Below, piece by piece: positions 1-9,550 of a stretch of 42,556 nucleotides of DNA. Position 1 is the stretch's first letter; every line of letters begins with the position of its first letter. The notes beneath the pieces are model-generated. The model did no database searches. It was given only the letters and a program-made list of their open reading frames with translations, and had not been told where the DNA came from. A program made the position numbers and the translations under genes. The DNA is from Bacteroidota bacterium (GTDB lineage Bacteria > Bacteroidota > Ignavibacteria > T3Sed10-11). The DNA is taken from NCBI GenBank assembly GCA_007131635.1, contig SLQE01000063.1, positions 1-42,556 of the forward strand, read 5' to 3'.

Positions 1-44
1 AGGGTGATATTGTTACACCGGCAGCACGGGACAGAGCAAAGGTA

Positions 45-575
45 TTGCGCATAGAAATTTCTAAAGATACGCCACGGGAGTCAATGACATCCCAGAATAA
101 AAATTCCGGTGAAGAAAAACAGGGCAAGGTTGTCATCGGATCCGACCATGGGGGATTTTCTATGAAAACGGAGCTTATACAATATGTAAATAAGCTCGGC
201 TATGAAACCGTGGATGTCGGAACATATAGCGATGAATCGTGCGACTATCCCGAATATGCATATGCCGTTGCGTACCCCGTGTCAAAAGGAGAGGCCTGGC
301 GAGGCATTATGATCGACGGTGCCGGAATAGGTTCCTCTGTAGCGGCAAATAAAGTGCCGGGAATAAGAGCGGCAAACTGTTATAATGAATTTACCGCACG
401 AAACAGCCGTGAGCACAACGATGCAAATGTGTTGACGCTCGGCAGCAGAGCGATAGGTATCGAAGTGGCAAAGTCGATTGTGACAATTTTTCTGAAGACC
501 TCTTTCGCCGGCGGACGCCACAAAAAGAGAGTGGATAAAATTATTGAACTGGAAAAAAGATTTTCAACAGAGTAG
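45..575 (+). CDS. rpiB: RpiB/LacA/LacB-family sugar-phosphate isomerase (ribose-5-phosphate isomerase B-like), possibly 5'-truncated by the window edge
   Basis: Matches E. coli RpiB along its length, as I recall that sequence. GSDHGGF vs GCDHVGF; GIGSSVAANKVPGIRAA vs GVGISIAANKFAGIRAV; EHNDANVLTLGSR vs QHNDTNVLAFGSR; GGRHKKRV vs GGRHQQRV. The start is uncertain: candidates are TTG 45 and ATG 84 (GGGAG just upstream), and the frame stays open back to nt 3. Confidence 0.85.
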   Translation: MRIEISKDTPRESMTSQNKNSGEEKQGKVVIGSDHGGFSMKTELIQYVNKLGYETVDVGTYSDESCDYPEYAYAVAYPVSKGEAWRGIMIDGAGIGSSVAANKVPGIRAANCYNEFTARNSREHNDANVLTLGSRAIGIEVAKSIVTIFLKTSFAGGRHKKRVDKIIELEKRFSTE

Positions 576-644
576 TACATGCTTCATTCATCAGGAAACG
601 GGGAATCATGCTGTTCCTCAAGTCCGTAAAAGGAGATATCCCTT

Positions 645-989
645 ATGCCAGATTGTATATTTTGCGAGATAGTGCACAAGCGGATGCAAAGCGATATCGT
701 TTATGAAGACCCGGAGGTCGTTGCGTTTCACGATATCAATCCACAGGCATCCGTTCATATACTGGTTGTTCCGCGTTTACATATCGAATCCGTTCAGGAA
801 GTCACCACGGATCAGGTCGAGCTTATGGGTAAAATGATATTGGTTGCGCAGCAGATCGCCAAAAAAACCAACGTCGATGAAGGTGGCTTTCGTCTCGTCA
901 TCAATAACGGCGTCAATGGAGGTCAAACGGTTTCTCATCTGCATCTCCACCTGCTTGGCGGCAGACGAATGACCTGGCCCCCGGGCTGA
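645..989 (+). CDS. HIT-family (histidine triad) nucleotide hydrolase/transferase
   Basis: N-terminal CIFCEI motif and C-terminal histidine triad HLHLHLLGG. Size of 114 aa is typical for the family. AAGGAG Shine-Dalgarno site lies about 9 nt upstream of the ATG. Confidence 0.9.
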   Translation: MPDCIFCEIVHKRMQSDIVYEDPEVVAFHDINPQASVHILVVPRLHIESVQEVTTDQVELMGKMILVAQQIAKKTNVDEGGFRLVINNGVNGGQTVSHLHLHLLGGRRMTWPPG

Positions 990-1156
990 TGTTGATTTAG
1001 AGCTTTAAAAACCCAAATTTACTTGATTTTCTCGTTTTTTAATAATATATTTTTAGATATTTAAGTACGGTATTTAATCATTTTTTTGGTGTGCCTATTA
1101 TTCGTTCGTTAGAAGTTAATTTGTTTTAGTTGGGTTAAAATTATATAAGGGTAGGT

Positions 1157-4100
1157 TTGTCTTTTAACGAATATATCAGATTAATGGGTGCACGTCTTGA
1201 AAATGTGACCGGATGTATTACAAATCCGTACAGAGTAATACATACGGTCTTTTGTTATTATAGACGGGTTTTGGTTGCAATTCCCGCAATCATACTGCTC
1301 TGTACTCTGGTTTCCTTTTCGCAAGGTCCGGGCCATTCGAACCCCGCATATCCCGATATTGTAATCCTCGACTCCGATAATCGTAGTATTACCCTTGAGT
1401 ATCGAATGAAGGATATTCATTTTGATACTGTTTCATTGGATTCCCGTGAATATACCGATATTTTATATTTTGGAGCGCAAACTCCCGAACGCGTCAATCC
1501 GGGTTTGCCTGATCTTAAATTTCGTGCGGTGACGATCGCATTGCCGTCGGCTCATAAACCGGTGATAGAAGTGATTCAAACAGATTATCGAAATGAGCGC
1601 GGTGTGAGACTCCCACCGCTGGGAGATATACGAAAAGATAATGAAGATGAACTGTACAGGACACTTGAAGGTATTGAACGATCTGCCGGGGACCACAGAC
1701 CACTCGCTGATATCCATGATATCGGAAATGTCCGCGGTGTTTATCTCGGAACACTGCATATTCACCCGATTCAACTTGCAGAAGACGGCGGAACGGTAAG
1801 AATACACAATCGTATTATTATCCGGCTATCGTTTGATACGGGCAGCTATACTACCATCGACCAACATACCTACGATGCACTCAGTACCACTGTCCTGAAC
1901 ATCGATCGCGTACCGGTCGCTCCCGAAGCACGGTTGAGATTGGAAAGTCTGAGGACTCAACCCGCTGCCCCTCAGAATAGTGTCCTCGCGGGCGGTTCAT
2001 GGTATAGAATAGATATAGAACAAGAGGGTATGTACCGGATCAATGCATCGACGCTTGAGGAAGCCGGTATCCCGGTAAATAATCTGGACCCGCGAACGAT
2101 AAAGATATACAACAACGACGGTCGAATGCTGCCGGAAAATATTGCCGATGATCGGGCGACGGACCTCGTCGAAATAGCAATATACGTGCAGGGTGAAAGT
2201 GACGGCACCTTCGGAGCAAACGATTTTATTTTATTTTACGGGACCGGTACGACTTTGTGGGATTATGATCCGGGCTCGCGTACCTATACGCATCAGTATA
2301 ATTACTACACCGATGAGAATTTATATTTCCTGACCTATGGAGGAGCTCCCGGAAAGCGAATGCAGGCCGCACCGTCAGTACAGCAGTCCGATCCTGTTCG
2401 ACCGCAATATTTTATATCGCATATTGTACATCGAAATCCTAAAATTAATTTATTAGGATCAGGCAGAGAGTGGATGGGAGAATCATTCCAACCGGGCGGT
2501 GTACAGGTGTTTACGAATATGCTGCATGGGTTTAATCCCGTGGTGTCCACCCGGTATCGTATACAGGTTGCCGCGCGCGCACCGACACAGACCCGTTTCA
2601 GGATCAGTGACCAGGGTACAAATGTCGGAACCATCAATATTGCCGGTGTCAATCTCGGAACAAATATAGGTAATTATGCTTCGCGAGCAACACCTGCCCT
2701 GCTGGCGAGATCCGGGTCATTTCCCGAGAATAGAAGTACCTTGAGACTGGAATATGATGGCGGAACACAATCAGAAGGGTTCCTTGAATGGTTTGAAATA
2801 CATTACCCGCGGCGGTTTGAAGCGAATGATGATTACCTGAAGTTCTCGGCTCCGGATACAACCGGCGTTGTGGAGTTTACCGTAAGCGGGTATTCATCTT
2901 CCCAGATAACCGCGTATGATGTTACCGATTATGCTTCGGTCATGCGTATAACAAATGCCGTTATAGAGGGAAGTGCAATTCGATTTCAGCGTCAACAAAC
3001 GGGCGGTACCCCTTCACAATATATCGCCGCATCACCGACCGGCTATTCGGTGGTGGAAAGTATTACCCCTGTTGATAATTCCAACCTGCGCGGCATAGTG
3101 TCTGGTGCGGAGTTCATAATAATATCGCCGCCCGATTTTCTCGGTGAAGCCGAACGGTTGCAACAACATCGCGAATCGTTTTTACCGAACCGACTGTCGA
3201 CAGTCGTTGTAAACGTAAACCATCTCTATAACGAGTTCTCCGGCGGCATGAATGATCCGACCGCGATACGCGACTTTTTATACCATGCCTACAATACCTG
3301 GCAGGTAAAACCGATGTACGTCCTTTTACTCGGTGCAGGTTCATTTGACTACCGCAGAGTGCTCGGACAAAGAAATAATTATATACCGTCCTGGCAGACG
3401 CAGGAATCCTTCAGTCAGATAAATACCTATACAACCGATGATTTCTTTGTGCAGTTCACTCCAAATTCGAGACGTCCGTCGCTTTCAATCGGAAGATTGA
3501 ATGCAATTAATCAGGATGATGCCCGTGTGATGATCGATAAAATTATTGATTATGAAACGGGCTCGGATTTCGGACCGTGGAGAAATTTGATTACCTATGT
3601 TGCAGACGACGGGCTTACCACGAGGGGTGGCGATGACGGAAATATACATACATGGCAGTCCGAGCAGCTTGCGCTGAGATTTACTCCGGACCCCTTTGAA
3701 AAAAATAAAATTTATATGATAGAATATCCGGCTGAAAATACCGCCCTCGGAAGAAGAATGCCGGAAGTAAACAAAACGATTGTAGATAGAATAAACAGGG
3801 GAACTCTCATATTAAACTGGACAGGACACGGTAATCCAAGGGTGTGGGCGTATGAATGGATCTTTGTCAAAGAAAATACCATACCTCAGCTTACGAACCG
3901 TGACCGTTTGACATTCATTACCGCGGCTACATGCGATTTTTCCCGCCTCGATGATCCAAGAGAACAAAGCGGAGGGGAATTGCTTGTCAGCTGGGAACGG
4001 GGAGGCGCTATAGGACTTCTTTCATCGTCACGCATTGTCTGGTCAACCGATAATGCTCAGTTTAACAATTTATTTTATACAAATCTGTTATCACAACCTC

Positions 4101-5272
4101 AAAGCGGTGTCTATCGTCGTGTGGGTGATGCACTCTTTGCAACAAAGCAATCCCGGCACAATATTAACGATACAAAATTTGTTTTACTCGGTGACCCGAC
4201 GATTAGATTACATATTCCGAGCTATAGGGCCGATGTGGAGGAAATTAACGGATTACCTTTCAGTAATGTTATAACATTAAAAGCATTACAGAAAGTAACT
4301 ATCGACGGTATTATCAGACGACCGGACGGCACGGTTAAAAATGATTTTAACGGAAGGATGTTTGTCGTCGTGTATGATTCAGACAAGGTTGTAACTATAC
4401 CGCGTTGGAACTGGTCTTTTACATCGCCGGGGAATACTCTCTTCCGGGGTGAAAGTTCGGTCACACAGGGTATGTATTCTTCAACGTTTGTGATACCAAA
4501 GGATATAAGCCATGAGGGTAGAGAGGGGCGCATTGCGCTCTATTTCTGGGATGATACATACGATGGACGTGGATTTACAAGAGATATATTTATCGGAGGA
4601 ATAGATACAACGGTCGTACCGGATACGGAGGGACCGGAAATTACAATATATCTTGAAGACAGGAATTTCCGAAGCGGAGATCTCGTAAGCGATCAACCGC
4701 TCTTGCTGGTGGATCTGTTCGATGAATCTGGAATTAATATATCCGGGGGCGGGATCGGCCATAGAATTGAAGCCTGGCTAAATGACGGAGCAGAAATAGA
4801 CCTCACCGATTATTACACCGGTGCCGTTGACAGTTACCGGGAGGGAACTATAGAATATCAGTTTGAAAATCTTGGAGCAGGTCCTCAACACCTTCTTTTA
4901 CGTGCGTGGGATGTATATAATAATTCATCGACCGGCGAGGTTTTCTTCGATGTGGCATCAGGGGAAAAACTTTCGGTACAGCAGGTTTATAATTACCCGA
5001 ATCCATTCCGGCAGGAGACCGTGTTTACATTCCAGCATAACCAGAATGTGCCTATAGACGTGAGCATAAAGGTTTATACGGTAGCCGGACGGATGATCGC
5101 CGAGCTCAATGAATACAGTGTAACCGATCGGTTCGTTCGTATTCCATGGAATGGTATCGATGCAGACGGAGACCGTATTGCAAATGGTGTCTACTTCTAC
5201 AAAGTGGTGGCACAAACAACGGACGGAGAGTTTGCGAGTGAAGTGATCGGTAGAATGGCTGTACTTAGATAG
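1157..5272 (+). CDS. porU: PorU-like T9SS C-terminal signal peptidase/sortase (gingipain-type C25 cysteine peptidase with its own T9SS C-terminal domain)
   Basis: The C25 core reads EFIIISPPDF...VVVNVNHLYNEFSGGMNDPTAIRDF...YVLLLGAGSFDYR. Catalytic His context is NWTGHGNP and catalytic Cys context is TAATCDFS. An N-terminal hydrophobic signal/anchor is present. The C-terminal about 90 aa (YNYPNPFRQETVFTF...GVYFYKVVA) fits the Por_Secre_tail type-A CTD pattern. It sits directly upstream of a PorV-family gene, as in characterised T9SS loci. The start (TTG 1157 vs ATG 1184) is uncertain. Confidence 0.85.
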   Translation: MSFNEYIRLMGARLENVTGCITNPYRVIHTVFCYYRRVLVAIPAIILLCTLVSFSQGPGHSNPAYPDIVILDSDNRSITLEYRMKDIHFDTVSLDSREYTDILYFGAQTPERVNPGLPDLKFRAVTIALPSAHKPVIEVIQTDYRNERGVRLPPLGDIRKDNEDELYRTLEGIERSAGDHRPLADIHDIGNVRGVYLGTLHIHPIQLAEDGGTVRIHNRIIIRLSFDTGSYTTIDQHTYDALSTTVLNIDRVPVAPEARLRLESLRTQPAAPQNSVLAGGSWYRIDIEQEGMYRINASTLEEAGIPVNNLDPRTIKIYNNDGRMLPENIADDRATDLVEIAIYVQGESDGTFGANDFILFYGTGTTLWDYDPGSRTYTHQYNYYTDENLYFLTYGGAPGKRMQAAPSVQQSDPVRPQYFISHIVHRNPKINLLGSGREWMGESFQPGGVQVFTNMLHGFNPVVSTRYRIQVAARAPTQTRFRISDQGTNVGTINIAGVNLGTNIGNYASRATPALLARSGSFPENRSTLRLEYDGGTQSEGFLEWFEIHYPRRFEANDDYLKFSAPDTTGVVEFTVSGYSSSQITAYDVTDYASVMRITNAVIEGSAIRFQRQQTGGTPSQYIAASPTGYSVVESITPVDNSNLRGIVSGAEFIIISPPDFLGEAERLQQHRESFLPNRLSTVVVNVNHLYNEFSGGMNDPTAIRDFLYHAYNTWQVKPMYVLLLGAGSFDYRRVLGQRNNYIPSWQTQESFSQINTYTTDDFFVQFTPNSRRPSLSIGRLNAINQDDARVMIDKIIDYETGSDFGPWRNLITYVADDGLTTRGGDDGNIHTWQSEQLALRFTPDPFEKNKIYMIEYPAENTALGRRMPEVNKTIVDRINRGTLILNWTGHGNPRVWAYEWIFVKENTIPQLTNRDRLTFITAATCDFSRLDDPREQSGGELLVSWERGGAIGLLSSSRIVWSTDNAQFNNLFYTNLLSQPQSGVYRRVGDALFATKQSRHNINDTKFVLLGDPTIRLHIPSYRADVEEINGLPFSNVITLKALQKVTIDGIIRRPDGTVKNDFNGRMFVVVYDSDKVVTIPRWNWSFTSPGNTLFRGESSVTQGMYSSTFVIPKDISHEGREGRIALYFWDDTYDGRGFTRDIFIGGIDTTVVPDTEGPEITIYLEDRNFRSGDLVSDQPLLLVDLFDESGINISGGGIGHRIEAWLNDGAEIDLTDYYTGAVDSYREGTIEYQFENLGAGPQHLLLRAWDVYNNSSTGEVFFDVASGEKLSVQQVYNYPNPFRQETVFTFQHNQNVPIDVSIKVYTVAGRMIAELNEYSVTDRFVRIPWNGIDADGDRIANGVYFYKVVAQTTDGEFASEVIGRMAVLR

Positions 5273-5383
5273 GGGCCATTGGTGTTGATGATAAGGCAGA
5301 ATAGTTGCTATTAAAAAGAAAATAGGTTAATTTAATAAGTTATGACAGAAAATAACATAAAACGATCCAGCGGAGGTTGAATT

Positions 5384-6463
5384 ATGAGAACAATATATTC
5401 CATTATCGCAGCTCTATTGTTGATCTGTTTCATGATCAACGGACCGGCTGAAGCGCAAGGTGAGTCGGCTGTACCGTTTCTATTGATTTCACCGAATTCC
5501 CGTGCATCGGGAATGGGAGAATTCGGGACAGGTATAGCGGACGATGCCGCTGCGATTCATTGGAATCCTGCAGGGCTTGCATTTCAAAGGGGTCAGGAAA
5601 TCAGTATAACTCACACGAACTGGTTACCCCAATTTGGCATGTCCGATTTATTTTACGATTATATCAACTACAGGAACCATTTTAATTCATTGAACGGTAC
5701 ATTTGCTGCCGCAATAACATACCTGAACCTCGGAGAACACACGAGAACATCTTCACTCGGTCCCGAACCGATTGGTACCTTCAGAAGTTACGAGTTTGCC
5801 GTAACAGCGGGATATGCTACAAAGATAATGGAAAATCTGGGACTGGGTGTTAATTTACGAGTGATCCACAGTGCATTGTCCCCGATCGGTACCGAACAGG
5901 AAGAGGGTAGTGGCGTCGGTACCACCGTCGCGGGAGATATTGGCGTTCTTTATAAAACCTCTGTTTTCGATATGCCGCTTTCGCTGGGTGCGAATTTGCA
6001 AAATCTTGGCCCGAAAATCACATATATTGATGCCGCTCAGGCAGATCCGATTCCGACTAATCTGCGTGTCGGATTCGCGCTGAAACTACTTGAGAGTGAG
6101 GCAAATACGCTCACTTTAGGTGCCGACTTCAGCCGCATACTGGTACGAAGATACGAAGCACCCCCCGGGGGGGAAACTCCGCAGCCGGATCCTTTTTATA
6201 AAGCGATATTTACTGCCTGGGGAGATCAGGGTTTAAAGAAAGTTATTATATCGGGCGGGCTTGAATACTGGTATACCGATCTCATTGCGCTGCGCGCGGG
6301 GTATTTCCACGAAGAAAGAGTCGCCGGCGGACGAAAGTTTTTGACCTTCGGTGCAGGATTACGCTACGATATCTATGGATTTGACTTTAGCTATATCGCG
6401 ACGCTTGAAGAAGATCACCCGCTTTCAGATACGCTGAGATTTACGCTCTTGTTATCATGGTAA
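5384..6463 (+). CDS. porV: PorV/PorQ-family T9SS outer-membrane beta-barrel shuttle protein (PorV by position)
   Basis: Signal peptide ends ...INGPAEAQG. The family hallmark SARASGMGEFGTGIADDAAAIHWNPAGLA follows. Alternating beta-strand patterns run to the C-terminus (TLRFTLLLSW). GGAGG Shine-Dalgarno site lies 7 nt upstream. It is adjacent to the PorU-like gene. Confidence 0.85.
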   Translation: MRTIYSIIAALLLICFMINGPAEAQGESAVPFLLISPNSRASGMGEFGTGIADDAAAIHWNPAGLAFQRGQEISITHTNWLPQFGMSDLFYDYINYRNHFNSLNGTFAAAITYLNLGEHTRTSSLGPEPIGTFRSYEFAVTAGYATKIMENLGLGVNLRVIHSALSPIGTEQEEGSGVGTTVAGDIGVLYKTSVFDMPLSLGANLQNLGPKITYIDAAQADPIPTNLRVGFALKLLESEANTLTLGADFSRILVRRYEAPPGGETPQPDPFYKAIFTAWGDQGLKKVIISGGLEYWYTDLIALRAGYFHEERVAGGRKFLTFGAGLRYDIYGFDFSYIATLEEDHPLSDTLRFTLLLSW

Positions 6464-6474
6464 GATAAAAATAA

Positions 6475-9400
6475 ATGAAGTATTATCGAGCTTTTCTTTG
6501 TGCGGGTGCCGGAATTGTTTTTCTTACTTTGGGTCTGTTCGGTCAATTTTTACCTCATCCCTTGAGTATAGCCGGGGATGAGATACATTCTTATATACAA
6601 CGCCCCGATGTACCGGATACCCTTCGCACACTCGCAATTATGGTACAGTTTCAACCCGATCAGGATTCCCGTACGACAGGGAACGGACGGTTTGATTTGT
6701 CGGAAACGGATACAGATATCCTCAATCCACCCCCTCATAATGCAACATATTTTGAGTACCATCTCGAATTTGCACGCCGGTACTTTCATGAGGTCTCAGG
6801 GGAGAAGTTAACCATCGAATACACTGTATGGGATCAAATCTTTACGCTTTCTGAAGTTATGGAAGCATACAGCCCGAAAAACCCAGGAGATTTCACCGAA
6901 ATAGGAAAACTCTTCAATGAAGCTTGGCAGCTTGCTTCTGCTGAGGCACCGGATATTCCTTTTCATTCATTTGATACCTTTATTATTTTCCACGCGGGTG
7001 TAGGCCGCGATATCGATCTTACAAGCATCTATGGATTTGATCCGACTCCGCTGGATATTCCTTCGTTATACCTCGGACCCGAAGGATTGAGACGCATTTT
7101 TGGTCCGAACTATACAGGTGTGGAAGTGGGATCCGAGGGATTCCTGATCAACAATTCCATGATATTGCCCGAGACCCAAAATCGCGAGCTCGATCTCATT
7201 ACCGGCAGACAATTATTACAACTGGGTATGAACGGCCTTGTATGTGCGATGTTCGGGAGCCGGCTCGGCCTTCCGGATTTATTCAACACCGATACCGGTC
7301 GGTCGGGTATAGGAAGGTTTGGTTTAATGGATGGACAGGCGATATTTAGCTTTCTCGGACTTTTTCCGCCGGAATTATCGGCTTGGGAAAAATATTATCT
7401 CGGCTGGATCGAACCGCTGACCGTACAACCGGGTGAGCATACTCTCGAATTACCCGCTGTCGCATTACGCCAACCGGGGAGCATCCTCCGCGTACCGATC
7501 AATGAACGTGAATACTATCTTGTCGAGAATCGGCATCGAAATCCATTTGGTACGGGACAAATTCTCACACTCATACAAAACGGCGAAGAGATCACGATAA
7601 ACATCCCGCGCGACCGGAGAGGTTTTAATGCGTTTGATATTAACGACATATCAGGTATCGTACTCGATGTTGCTGTATATGACTGGAGTTTACCGGGAGG
7701 ATATGTAGAAGCGGACGATATATTCTATGATGGAGGCATCATCATCTGGCATATTGACGAACGTATTATCGACGCGCGAATTCAGGAAAACCGTATTAAC
7801 GCCGATATCGAAAATCGCGGGATTCGGGTTGTCGAAGCCGACGGGTCGCAGGATATAGGTCGCGAGTTCGGCTTCCTCCAGGCGGGACAGGGCTCCGAAG
7901 ACGGAACACAGTTCGATTTCTGGTATGAAAACAACCCCGCTCCTATTTATCAGAATCGTTTCGACCGTAATACCATACCGTCGTCAAAAAGCAACACCGG
8001 CGCACCGAGCCACGTAGCAATGTATGATTTCTCACCGCGAAACCCACGTATGCAAGTAACAGTCAGGATCGGTTCGGATGAAGTGAAACCTGTAAAAGGA
8101 TTCCCAATTCAACTGGAGTCGGCTACCCGAAATACGTCACCCGTTCCTTTTCTCGATGGTATTTTATTTGTGGACAACGGAGAGTTACGTGCAGTCGATA
8201 AAAACGGTATTATTACTCACATTCAGGATCCATACGATAAACCGGTTACCGGTACTCCGGCATGGCACGAACCGGAGGGTGAAATTGTCTTGTTTACAAG
8301 GTCCGGTAACTCAACGGTAACGAAGTGGAATATCGAATCGGCCGGTACCGGAGAACCACATGTCTTTATACCGGTTACATCCTTTGATATCGGTGGAGGC
8401 ATAACGGCAGGTCCGGTTCTGTTGGAAAACGGAGAGTGTTTGGTTGGAACCGATACCGGGGACATCATATCGATAGACGATTCGGGACAAAGGACGATAG
8501 GATCGATATCGGACGGTAGCAGTGTTATCGATCTCCACATAATCGATGAAAATCATTGGGCTGCAACCACTAAAACAAAGGTACTATATATCTCCGATGA
8601 GATGTTTGAACTGGGACTTCAGGAAGATATCTACCGAAGTGTTGCGTATTCAGACAGAGGAAGGCTTCGTATTGCTGGAATCGGAAGAAAAATTGTATTC
8701 ATTACACTTCCGGTAATTGTAGAAGAGCCGAATCAGATCGGAAGGACGATGAATAATTTTTATAGCGAAATTACCGGTACCGAAATATTCGGACAACCGA
8801 TTGCACTCGATCTCGACAAAGACGGTGTTATGGATATTTTACCGACATTTGATAATAAGTTGTATGCAATAAATCGGAGTGGTGCCGTTCTGGATTATTT
8901 CCCCGTGAAAGCCGGCGATCATCCGCTTCGGGATGTATATCCCGTAGCTGCCGATTTTGACGGTAATGGTATTATGGATGTAGCACTGAGCGATAATGAT
9001 TCCAGGATTATCTTTCACAACGGCAAAGGTGCCTCGGTCGCGGGGACACCGCTTGCGGTGGGTGAGAAAATAGTCGGCTCACCCGCTGTGTTTGAATATG
9101 ACGGTAAAATGGCGCTCGCTTTCATTACCGATGATCATGTATTGTATGCATATAGTTTTTCCGGCGATTGGTCCGGAGATCGTGTTGCGTGGGGTCAGGA
9201 ACGGTTTAACAGCCGACGGACAAACGTACAGGTTGCCACATATCCCTTAGAACCGATAAGTGAAGAGTTTCTCCCCGAAAATCGTGCCTATAACTGGCCG
9301 AATCCCGTGTATGACGGTATTACACATATTCGCTATTACCTGAGTGAACATGCCGATGTCTCGATAGATATCTATGAAATGAACGGAGATAGAGTATCGT

Positions 9401-9549
9401 CGTTCAGCGGGCCCGGTATCGGTGGTGTGGACAATGAAATAGCGTGGGATGTATCCGGTCTGCAAAGCGGTGTATACCTCGGACGGATAGAAGCCCGTGG
9501 CGAAAATAAAACCAATGTTGTTTTTATAAAGATAGCGGTGGTGAAGTAG
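6475..9549 (+). CDS. Secreted T9SS cargo-type protein: M6 (InhA-like) metalloprotease-homology domain with degenerate active site, propeller-like/FG-GAP repeats, and a T9SS C-terminal sorting domain
   Basis: Has a signal peptide. M6-domain landmarks are present: TLAIMVQFQPD, YFHEVSGEKLTI, FIIFHAGVGRD, and the segment LVCAMFGSRLGLPDLF where InhA-type enzymes have xxxHExGHxLGLPDxY. FG-GAP/Ca-binding-like repeats are present (LDLDKDGVMDILP, ADFDGNGIMDVAL, FEYDGKMALAF). The C-terminal about 85 aa (NWPNPVYDGITHIRYYL...GVYLGRIEA...IKIAVVK) fits the T9SS type-A CTD pattern. Confidence 0.7.
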   Translation: MKYYRAFLCAGAGIVFLTLGLFGQFLPHPLSIAGDEIHSYIQRPDVPDTLRTLAIMVQFQPDQDSRTTGNGRFDLSETDTDILNPPPHNATYFEYHLEFARRYFHEVSGEKLTIEYTVWDQIFTLSEVMEAYSPKNPGDFTEIGKLFNEAWQLASAEAPDIPFHSFDTFIIFHAGVGRDIDLTSIYGFDPTPLDIPSLYLGPEGLRRIFGPNYTGVEVGSEGFLINNSMILPETQNRELDLITGRQLLQLGMNGLVCAMFGSRLGLPDLFNTDTGRSGIGRFGLMDGQAIFSFLGLFPPELSAWEKYYLGWIEPLTVQPGEHTLELPAVALRQPGSILRVPINEREYYLVENRHRNPFGTGQILTLIQNGEEITINIPRDRRGFNAFDINDISGIVLDVAVYDWSLPGGYVEADDIFYDGGIIIWHIDERIIDARIQENRINADIENRGIRVVEADGSQDIGREFGFLQAGQGSEDGTQFDFWYENNPAPIYQNRFDRNTIPSSKSNTGAPSHVAMYDFSPRNPRMQVTVRIGSDEVKPVKGFPIQLESATRNTSPVPFLDGILFVDNGELRAVDKNGIITHIQDPYDKPVTGTPAWHEPEGEIVLFTRSGNSTVTKWNIESAGTGEPHVFIPVTSFDIGGGITAGPVLLENGECLVGTDTGDIISIDDSGQRTIGSISDGSSVIDLHIIDENHWAATTKTKVLYISDEMFELGLQEDIYRSVAYSDRGRLRIAGIGRKIVFITLPVIVEEPNQIGRTMNNFYSEITGTEIFGQPIALDLDKDGVMDILPTFDNKLYAINRSGAVLDYFPVKAGDHPLRDVYPVAADFDGNGIMDVALSDNDSRIIFHNGKGASVAGTPLAVGEKIVGSPAVFEYDGKMALAFITDDHVLYAYSFSGDWSGDRVAWGQERFNSRRTNVQVATYPLEPISEEFLPENRAYNWPNPVYDGITHIRYYLSEHADVSIDIYEMNGDRVSSFSGPGIGGVDNEIAWDVSGLQSGVYLGRIEARGENKTNVVFIKIAVVK

Positions 9550-9550
9550 G

